The notes under the pieces: generated by a model
Seen by the model: only the letters and a program-made list of their open reading frames with translations
Told to the model about the DNA's origin: nothing
Databases searched by the model: none
Program-made: the position numbers and the translations under genes
Origin: a virus
Taxonomy: Duplodnaviria > Caudoviricetes
Strand: one strand, 5' to 3'
DNA: 64,000 nucleotides
IMG/VR virus record: IMGVR_UViG_2667527664_000002
Location: 1-64,000 of that record
Part shown: one piece after another, positions 39,049 to 46,565 of the stretch
Layout: every line of letters starts with the position of its first letter
Position numbering within the stretch: position 1 is the stretch's first letter

Positions 39049-39861
39049 TTATATATTACAATATCCTATTATTTCATAATCTGTTGGTATGTCATAATTT
39101 CTATTACCGTTTTCTAAAATCCATTTTAAATCAAACATAGTTGTATCAATTATTAATGAAAAGTATAGCATAACTATCCCTACATCAACTTTACCTTCAT
39201 ACTCACTTGCAAATTCATCTTTTCTTACTGCAAGAATCACTTTGCCTCCATCAATTATAAATCTCCAAGGTTGTCTATTTAATGTAGATGGTGCCATTCT
39301 AGCAAAACTAAATGCATCTAATAATCCTCTTTCTTCTAATAATTCTATGGTTGCATTTTCTCCCCATTTATCTAGATAAACTATCTTTTCTACTCCTAAT
39401 CTAGATGAATCACCAGTAGCTGATTTAGTTTTTACAGTATCTCCATAACCTAGTGCAATAATTGCTGTAACTTCCTTATCTGATAAAATTTCAAGCTTTT
39501 CTTTTATAAGTGAACTCTCTTTAAAGGTAACCCAACATGAGTCGATTCCTAAGTCCATGGCCTTTAGAGTTAAGTTTTCTCCTATATATCCTGAATTTTC
39601 TATGTATCCTTTATATGTATCAGATAAAATGATTACATAGTTTGGTGCTTCTATCATATGTCCATTATATCCTGCTATTTTATCAAGTTTTGGATATAAT
39701 TTATCTTTATTAAAAACTTTAACTTCAGTACTTATTTCTGGTACAAGTTTTTTAGACATATTTATATATTCTTCTATTATTCTGAAATCTGATTTTTTTA
39801 TTTCTTGATTTTTAAATTTCCTTACTGACCTTTTATTGGATATAAGATATTTGTAATTCAT
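39049..39861 (-). CDS. Nitroreductase family protein (host)
   Basis: KRSVRKF, GIDSCW, APSTLNRQPWRF. Confidence 0.88.
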   Translation of the reverse strand: MNYKYLISNKRSVRKFKNQEIKKSDFRIIEEYINMSKKLVPEISTEVKVFNKDKLYPKLDKIAGYNGHMIEAPNYVIILSDTYKGYIENSGYIGENLTLKAMDLGIDSCWVTFKESSLIKEKLEILSDKEVTAIIALGYGDTVKTKSATGDSSRLGVEKIVYLDKWGENATIELLEERGLLDAFSFARMAPSTLNRQPWRFIIDGGKVILAVRKDEFASEYEGKVDVGIVMLYFSLIIDTTMFDLKWILENGNRNYDIPTDYEIIGYCNI

Positions 39862-40032
39862 AATTTCCCCTCCCTAAAGTTATATTAAATTTTATTTTAT
39901 ATTTTTTATACCCAAAACCAACATAAAGCAAACATTTTCCCGGTAAATATAGTATTTTTACAAATATCTAAAATAGTTTTATCACCAATCAATTTATTTT
40001 TTAATAATATACATTATCTTTAATTTCAAGGG

Positions 40033-40590
40033 GTGATTTTTTTGCTAAAAAAATTAATAATATTAATAACTTTAATTACTAGCCTATCTTTGCTTCTCAT
40101 TGGATGTACTCCTAAATCTAAAAGTATTAAATCTAAAAATTTAACTAAGCTAACTGTTGCAGAGGTAACCCATTCGGTATTTTATGCTCCACAATATGCA
40201 GCTATAACTCAAGGTTTTTTTGAGGAAGAAGGTATTGAGTTAGACCTTATAAATACTCAGGGAGCAGATAAAACAATGGCTGCACTTCTTTCTGGAGAAG
40301 CAGATATAGGACTTATGGGACCAGAAGCATCTATTTATGTGTATAATAAAGGGAATTCAAATTATGCAGTAAATTTTGCGCAATTAACTCAAAAAGATGG
40401 AAGCTTTTTAGTTACTCGTGAAAATACTGATAGTTTTTCTTTTGAGGATTTAAAAGGTAAAGAGGTTTTAGGTGGTAGAAAAGGTGGGGTTCCTGAAATG
40501 ACATTAGAGTATGTTATGAAAAAAAATGGTCTAACTATAGGAACTGATACTCAAAACGATAAAGTAAACGTTAGAACCGATATTCAATAA
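40033..40590 (+). pseudogene. 5' part of a NitT/TauT (YtlA-like) ABC substrate-binding lipoprotein, truncated by prophage 2
   Basis: Lipobox LIGC; EVTHSVFYAPQY, GLMGPEAS, GGRKGGVPEM; stops at VRTDIQ after 185 aa (family members are roughly 330 aa), then phage-type accessory genes follow. Confidence 0.85.
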
Positions 40591-40700
40591 TCAGTTTTAT
40601 GATAGCAGTTAATATTTTTAATACATAAAAAATAAAAAGTAAGATAGTGTAAACAACTACCTTACTTTTTATTTTATCATAACATTTAATCAATATTAAA

Positions 40701-41225
40701 TTAAAGAAATATTTTATCTTCTTTAATAATTTCTTTTTCGTCTTCTTTAGGTAGTATTATTCTATTTAATTCTTCAACAAATGAAGTCCAATGTAAACTA
40801 GCTCCTACAATTTCAAAACTAAGTATTTTCAACTCATTATCTAAAGATTTATAGTTTATAATAATGTAATTTTTAGATTTAGTTTTAGACTTAGTTTTAG
40901 TCCCTATACCTGACATACCACCAACAATAGCACCTAAAGGACCTAATAGTACTCCCCCAATGGCAGCTCTTCCAATTACGCTTTTATCCTTTTCTTTTTC
41001 TAAAATTTCTTTCTCGCTAGCAACCGTAACCCCAACTAGTCGATCCATATCTATACTTACTTCTGGTAAATGTTTATGTACCCTAGGCCTAATTGTTAAA
41101 TAATTTGTATCGAGTTCTATGCTTAATGCAATAGCTGTTCCTTTAACATATCCAGGAATACCATCTATAAATGTTAAATTTACAGATCTATCTCCATTTT
41201 TATTCTTTTTTGTAAATATGCCCAT
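40701..41225 (-). CDS. Prophage accessory protein with a glycine-zipper membrane hairpin
   Basis: GRAAIGGVLLGPLGAIVGG motif; own promoter and terminator (40627-40676). Confidence 0.7.
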   Translation of the reverse strand: MGIFTKKNKNGDRSVNLTFIDGIPGYVKGTAIALSIELDTNYLTIRPRVHKHLPEVSIDMDRLVGVTVASEKEILEKEKDKSVIGRAAIGGVLLGPLGAIVGGMSGIGTKTKSKTKSKNYIIINYKSLDNELKILSFEIVGASLHWTSFVEELNRIILPKEDEKEIIKEDKIFL

Positions 41226-41452
41226 AGTATTCTCCTTAAGTATATTTTTTACTAAAATTATACATTATATCCCATATTTTTACAAATAACAGTATTAAAT
41301 TTGAATAATGAATAAAACAAATGAAATTCAATTGTATTTAATCCTATACATACAATCTATAAAACTCTTATTTACCTCAATTTAACATATTGGTATTTTT
41401 TGTAATAAAAATTTATGTTATTATAAATATAGAATTATATAGGAGGGATATT

Positions 41453-42031
41453 ATGAAAAAAGGGTTAATCGGTATATTAAGTAGTATTGTCATTTTAGGC
41501 TCTGGATTTTTTATAAGTAATATGAATACATCAAATAAAGATGTACATAAAAATGGAAAACCTAAACATGAAAAAGTATTAAAAGAAGAAAAGAATAAAA
41601 AAGAAGTTAAGAAAGACGATTCTAAAAAAATAGAAAAAGATAAAGATATTGTTGAAAAGACAACAGAAAATAATAAAAAAGATAATAAGTCCAACTCTAA
41701 AAATATAGAAAAAGACAAAGATATTGTTGAAAAGACAACAACAAATAGTAGAAATACAAATTCTGTAGAAATCAAAACAGAAACTTCTAAAAATAAAAAA
41801 CCTGTAGAAACACCACAAGCTGAAGTAAAACATAAAGTTATAGAAAGTACAAATATAGAAAAAAATATAAACCAATCGGATGATAAAAACATTCAAAAAC
41901 ATGCTGAAACATCACTAGAAAAAACAATTCCTCAAGAAGAAAACATCCCTTGTGATAATTTTGATACACCTGAATTTGATAATCATGTCGTAGACGTAAG
42001 TAATGATATAGGAACACACCCATCACACTAA
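41453..42031 (+). CDS. Membrane-anchored/secreted low-complexity K/E/N-rich protein
   Basis: AGGAGG RBS before ATG 41453; N-terminal hydrophobic helix; internal 36-bp duplication (41630-41665, 41705-41740). Confidence 0.7.
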   Translation: MKKGLIGILSSIVILGSGFFISNMNTSNKDVHKNGKPKHEKVLKEEKNKKEVKKDDSKKIEKDKDIVEKTTENNKKDNKSNSKNIEKDKDIVEKTTTNSRNTNSVEIKTETSKNKKPVETPQAEVKHKVIESTNIEKNINQSDDKNIQKHAETSLEKTIPQEENIPCDNFDTPEFDNHVVDVSNDIGTHPSH

Positions 42032-42320
42032 GGACCTAGATTTCAATTAAAAAATAAAAGCAACAATACAAATAATTGTAGTATAGTTGCTTTTTATTAA
42101 TACGAGTCGTAGGTAAATTAAATCACATACAACGAGATTAATATTATTATATCAATAATTTTACTTACAAATAATTAGTATACGAACTCTATAAATATAA
42201 TCATTTTTTCTTACTATTTTTATTTTTCAAAAACTTCCATATATTACAAAAAATTTACACAAAAATAGTTTATTTTAATGTAATATTAAAATACATATTA
42301 AAACTAAAGGGGTGTTTTGA

Positions 42321-42797
42321 ATGAGTATTATGAAAAACGTTAGAAAAACTTTTGTTTTAGCATTGGTAGGTATCACGATATCTACACCTATTCTAGGAAC
42401 TGTATATGCAGCAGAAGAATCAATTAATAGTTCAAATATAGTTCAAAAACAATCAACTACAGATTTAGATGAAATTTCGAATTACTTTGGTTTGACGTAT
42501 AAAGAAAAAAGACAATTAAGTCAAGCTATAAATGATTACAAATTAGAAACTGAAAATACGATACAACCTAGAGGTAAAATAAGTTGGATATCAAAAGCAG
42601 TTAGAAAAATCTGGAGAAAATTACCCTTTAAAGTAAGACAAACTATAACTGCATATGTAGGATTAGAATCGTTTTTAAATGCTATAGACCACTATACAGG
42701 TACAGTAGAAAATGTAATATATAAAGCTTGTAAAAAAGTAGGGATGAACAATGATGTTGCTTGGTGGGTAACAAAAACAATTACTTTGTTTATATAG
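42321..42797 (+). CDS. Secreted bacteriocin-like precursor, homolog of 2645..3166
   Basis: Signal ending VYA; QPRGK junction; shared RKIWRKLPFKVR, YKACKK and WWVTKTITLF blocks. Confidence 0.72.
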   Translation: MSIMKNVRKTFVLALVGITISTPILGTVYAAEESINSSNIVQKQSTTDLDEISNYFGLTYKEKRQLSQAINDYKLETENTIQPRGKISWISKAVRKIWRKLPFKVRQTITAYVGLESFLNAIDHYTGTVENVIYKACKKVGMNNDVAWWVTKTITLFI

Positions 42798-42806
42798 GGT
42801 AACAAT

Positions 42807-43034
42807 ATGATAATAAATATTATTTTAATAATAGTTAGTATAATAAATATAGTTTTAAATTTTGAAGAAAAAAAAGATAATAATACATATGTTGCATATG
42901 GATCATTATTAATAATAAATACCTTACTTTTATTTAAAGTAAAAAATATTATATTAAATATAATACTTTTAATATTTATTATAGTGTTTTTAATTACAAT
43001 AATTAAAGCTTTGATAAATAGAAGAAAGAAATAA
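42807..43034 (+). CDS. Small three-TM putative immunity protein
   Basis: Directly downstream of the precursor; hydrophobic with a basic tail; terminator at 43047-43112. Confidence 0.6.
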   Translation: MIINIILIIVSIINIVLNFEEKKDNNTYVAYGSLLIINTLLLFKVKNIILNIILLIFIIVFLITIIKALINRRKK

Positions 43035-43392
43035 GGATAAACATTAAAAAATAAAAGGCAAAATTCCTATTCATCATCGTATGATCTATAGGAATTTTGC
43101 CTTTTATTTTTAATAAGCTAAAGAATTTAAAAATTTAGTAAATATATTGATATATAAGCATAAAAGATGGAGTTTCATGCCGTTTTTTATAAACCCTTGT
43201 ATTTCCAATGATTTTCAATGATATATATACTCTATGTCAGTCATTTGACAGTACACAAAAGTTATCAACAGAAATTACATGACTTATCAACATATTTTTT
43301 AAAGTTATTAACAATTATATAGATAGTAAAAGTATGCTCCTAAGGAGTGTATTTTTTTGGAAAAAATAAGAAAAAGTTTATGAAAAGTATCG

Positions 43393-43418
43393 ATTATATC
43401 ACGTATACGTGATATAAT
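43393..43418. promoter_or_regulatory. Perfect 26-bp palindromic operator overlapping a -10 box
   Basis: ATTATATCACGTA/TACGTGATATAAT; TATAAT at 43413-43418. Confidence 0.75.
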
Positions 43419-43443
43419 ATAAATATAGAAAGGAGGTAAGGAA

Positions 43444-43554
43444 ATGGTCAAAAAAATAAAAGAGTTCACGAAAGTGATTAAAGCACTTACGGAACTCGCA
43501 CTTGAAATAGGAACTCTAGTAGCAATCATCAAAATGATACTAGAAAGCCTATAA
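43444..43554 (+). CDS. Unannotated 36-aa amphipathic peptide MVKKIKEFTKVIKALTELALEIGTLVAIIKMILESL
   Basis: Manual translation; AAAGGAGGT RBS; GC-rich hairpin after the stop (43559-43587). Confidence 0.75.
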   Translation: MVKKIKEFTKVIKALTELALEIGTLVAIIKMILESL

Positions 43555-43602
43555 AACATAAGGGTGGTGTTCCTACCACCACCCTTACTTTTATAATAAT
43601 AC

Positions 43603-43737
43603 ATGACCATTTTAATTACAATGAAAAATAATAAAAAAGAATTAGTAAAAAGTGTAATTGGTTTAACTTTAGCTTTAATTAAATTTATAGGAGCTATAGC
43701 TCTTGTAGTATTAGCATTAAAATATTTATTTTCATAG
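43603..43737 (+). CDS. Unannotated 38-44-aa membrane peptide (MTILIT)MKNNKKELVKSVIGLTLALIKFIGAIALVVLALKYLFS
   Basis: Manual translation; TATAAT at 43592-43597 lies 5 nt before ATG 43603 (leaderless geometry); stop overlaps the next RBS. Confidence 0.6.
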   Translation: MTILITMKNNKKELVKSVIGLTLALIKFIGAIALVVLALKYLFS

Positions 43738-43748
43738 GAGGGAAAACT

Positions 43749-43937
43749 ATGTGTAGCTTTAAAGGATTATATTCATTTGCAGAGGCAACTAAATTATGGG
43801 GGTTAAAAGATTCTACACTAAGAAAGGCAGTTGAAACTGGAAAATTAATAGCTGATGAAGATTGTAAAAAGTTTGGTAGAGATTGGGTTGTAAAAGAAAG
43901 TGCAATGGTTAGAGAATATGGAGAAAAAAAGGAATAA
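43749..43937 (+). CDS. Small excisionase/MerR-like HTH DNA-binding protein
   Basis: SFAEATKLWGL..STLRK...KKFGRDWVV; GGAGG RBS. Confidence 0.8.
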   Translation: MCSFKGLYSFAEATKLWGLKDSTLRKAVETGKLIADEDCKKFGRDWVVKESAMVREYGEKKE

Positions 43938-43946
43938 AGTAAGCAA

Positions 43947-44242
43947 TAAAAAAAGGAGTACCAGTTGGTTTTGGTACTCCCTAATGGAAATTGTATGCCA
44001 TATTTTTTATTTTTTAATAACTTTTATTGTATTCTATTCATAGAGGTATCATATATACCAGTATACTATTGAAAATCTGTAATCCAAGTAAGCCTTCTAT
44101 CTTCTATGTGGAGAGCACACTTTAAGGGATAATAATTAAAAAGGACTATAACCCATTTAGTTCCTTATATATTAACCGAAATTTCTGCTCATTCATTAAT
44201 TATTATCCCTACATTATATATATGAATGTTTTACAACTTTGT
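43947..44242 (-). ncRNA. Candidate sigma-K-driven structured RNA (~265 nt)
   Basis: AC-N16-CATATATA (44217-44242); perfect 15-bp stem 44125-44139/44196-44210; terminator 43947-43981. Confidence 0.4.
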
Positions 44243-44254
44243 TATATATTTTTA

Positions 44255-45133
44255 TTATTTTTTTATAACTTGTACTTGTATTCCTTCCATAGGTTTACCA
44301 TATATACCTGCATAATCATTTAAATCTATAACCCAAGGAAGCCATCTACTTCCAACGTATGCTCTATATTGAATACTATAGTTATCTAATCCAATTAATT
44401 GCATTTCTAAAGCATCTATATTTTTACTTAATATACCAGCATAATCCTGTCTATCAGTAACCCAAGGAAGCCATTTACCATCTATTGTATGAACTCTGTA
44501 TCTTATAGAACCTTTACTTAAATTAGCATACACCCCTTGCATGGGTTTACCATATATACCAGCATAATCTTCTAAATTAACTACATTAGGAAGCCATTTA
44601 CCTTTTGCATAGACTTGATAAGTTACATCAATATCTGTATTTATAGTGACACTTTCAGAGCTTCCAACTAATCTATTTTTAAAATTCCACCATCTAGCCC
44701 AATTATTATCATGAAAAGCAGATGGACAATCTTTTCTAGATGCATCATAGTGTCTTACAACATGATCTGAATCTATACCATATTTATTCATAAGATGTTT
44801 TGTTAACACTAAAGTATTTTCTACTGTTTTTTCTGAGATTCTTCCGTTATCAGTCCCACACATTTCTATAGCTATAGAATTTCTATTATTTATACCATAT
44901 CTATTATTACCATCTCCACAATGCCAAGCACCGTTATATTCTTCTACCACTTGATATATTTCATTATCATCTACAAAATAATGTGCTGATGCATTTCTAT
45001 TACCTCCATAGAAATAATCAGCATTATTCTTTGCAGTGTCGTTTATGTTGCCAGTATAATGTATTACAATATACTCTACGTTATTTCCTTCATAGTGATT
45101 ATATGGACTTATTTTTCTTTTTATATTTAACAT
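44255..45133 (-). CDS. Endolysin, Amidase_2 with C-terminal cell-wall-binding repeats
   Basis: IVIHYTG, ASAHYFVD, AWHCGD, RHYDASRKDCP; 3x WLPxV...DYAGI repeats. Confidence 0.92.
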   Translation of the reverse strand: MLNIKRKISPYNHYEGNNVEYIVIHYTGNINDTAKNNADYFYGGNRNASAHYFVDDNEIYQVVEEYNGAWHCGDGNNRYGINNRNSIAIEMCGTDNGRISEKTVENTLVLTKHLMNKYGIDSDHVVRHYDASRKDCPSAFHDNNWARWWNFKNRLVGSSESVTINTDIDVTYQVYAKGKWLPNVVNLEDYAGIYGKPMQGVYANLSKGSIRYRVHTIDGKWLPWVTDRQDYAGILSKNIDALEMQLIGLDNYSIQYRAYVGSRWLPWVIDLNDYAGIYGKPMEGIQVQVIKK

Positions 45134-45309
45134 CTTGATACCTCCAAAATTTATATTTGTATATTTTAAAAGGCAATAAAAAAAGACTTCAAAGAGTCTA
45201 ATTAACCGCCTTTTGTTTAACTTGATTTAAAATTATTATTAATTTATATATAATTTACAAATAATTTATATATAAATTTTGTAAACTTTATTATTAAATT
45301 TTTTATAAA

Positions 45310-45528
45310 TTATTTATTATCTTTTAAGCCTTTTGTTGAAGGGTCTACAACTACACCAACTAATGCTGCTATAACAGCTACAACAGCAACTGGATTAGCT
45401 AATATACTCAACAAAGCTTCTCCTAATAAGTTCCAACTTGTTAAAGTTTTAAAATCAATTCCAGCTGATGAAAATATAACTCCACCTAAACCTAACCAAA
45501 AATATGGATTTTTTAATCTACTTTTCAT
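45310..45528 (-). CDS. Holin (near-identical to 6140..6358)
   Basis: RLKNPYFW...GVVVDPSTKGLKDNK. Confidence 0.85.
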   Translation of the reverse strand: MKSRLKNPYFWLGLGGVIFSSAGIDFKTLTSWNLLGEALLSILANPVAVVAVIAALVGVVVDPSTKGLKDNK

Positions 45529-45817
45529 ATATAATCTCTCCTTTTGTTTTTTCTATTGTATCTATTCTGTGATGTGCTGATTTAGTGCTTTCTTCAACTT
45601 TTATAAGCCTTTCTATGACATTACTTATTTTTGTATCTTGAGCTTTTATATCAAGCCTTATATCATCAACTCCTTTACTTATGTAATCTAACTTTGTAGC
45701 AACTACTGTTTTTTGTGATGCATCATCTTCTATATCTTTTTCATTCTTCTTTTTATAACTCATATAGCCTAGCATGGCACCAGCTATAGTACAGAGCAAA
45801 GTAATCTCTATGTTCAT
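45518..45817 (-). CDS. Lysis-associated XhlA-like protein (near-identical to 6348..6644)
   Basis: GGAGG before ATG 45817; VEESTKSAHHRID. Confidence 0.7.
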   Translation of the reverse strand: MNIEITLLCTIAGAMLGYMSYKKKNEKDIEDDASQKTVVATKLDYISKGVDDIRLDIKAQDTKISNVIERLIKVEESTKSAHHRIDTIEKTKGEIIYEK

Positions 45818-45872
45818 ATATCCTCCTAAAAATTGCATAAAAATAGAACTATCTTTTATAGTCCTTCATTAT

Positions 45873-46058
45873 TTATTGTCTATCTTCAGTTATCTTTATC
45901 GGTAAATTACTAGTAGGCTTGTCATAATCTTCGCCAGTTATTTCTTTAAACTGTTCTTTTGATATTCTTTCAGCTTCAACAAATAACCTAACATCATCAA
46001 CCTTATATATTTTTAAATCAAAATATTTCTTTGCCATTTCAAAATACCATTTATCCAT
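45873..46058 (-). CDS. xkdX: XkdX family protein
   Basis: FVEAERISKEQFKEITGEDY. Confidence 0.8.
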   Translation of the reverse strand: MDKWYFEMAKKYFDLKIYKVDDVRLFVEAERISKEQFKEITGEDYDKPTSNLPIKITEDRQ

Positions 46059-46554
46059 TTAAATTACCTCCTAATGATTTTAATATTAGATTAGCAACAT
46101 CTTTTTCTATGCCTTTAACTTGTATATCTTTATTAACTAAATTTAAAGTTGTTTGAGCCATATTAGTATTTAAATTATTTATTTCAATATCTTTGTTAAT
46201 TGATTTTAAAGTTGCTTGTGCTAAGTTTATATTTAATTCTTTAATTTGAATATCTTTTTCTAGACTTTCTTTTATTAAAAATGCATTTTGTTTTTCTAAT
46301 AAATCAGTTCTAGTTTGTTTTGGCTTCTTATATTCAAAAGGAATTATTTCAAATATATCTTTATCTTCAATTGTATAAAGTTCTTTTAGTTCGAAGTTTT
46401 CTTTTAATTTAAAATCATTTGTTAAAGACCTTAGATATTCCCATAATTGTTGATTAATCATTATATTAGGGCTATGAACAATTTCATTATATTCATCTAA
46501 ATAGAATCCATTAAAAGTAAAACTATCTTCTTTATAATGTAAATAAATTTTCAC
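46051..46554 (-). CDS. Tail-fibre-associated coiled-coil protein
   Basis: Repeated KDIxI...AQxTL units; GGAGG before GTG 46554; between fibre and XkdX. Confidence 0.6.
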   Translation of the reverse strand: MKIYLHYKEDSFTFNGFYLDEYNEIVHSPNIMINQQLWEYLRSLTNDFKLKENFELKELYTIEDKDIFEIIPFEYKKPKQTRTDLLEKQNAFLIKESLEKDIQIKELNINLAQATLKSINKDIEINNLNTNMAQTTLNLVNKDIQVKGIEKDVANLILKSLGGNLNG

Positions 46555-46565
46555 TTTAGAACCTC

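Noticed and set aside
43308-43610. 100-aa minus-strand ORF in the track
   Set aside because: Overlaps the better supported plus-strand promoter, operator, RBS and 36-aa peptide
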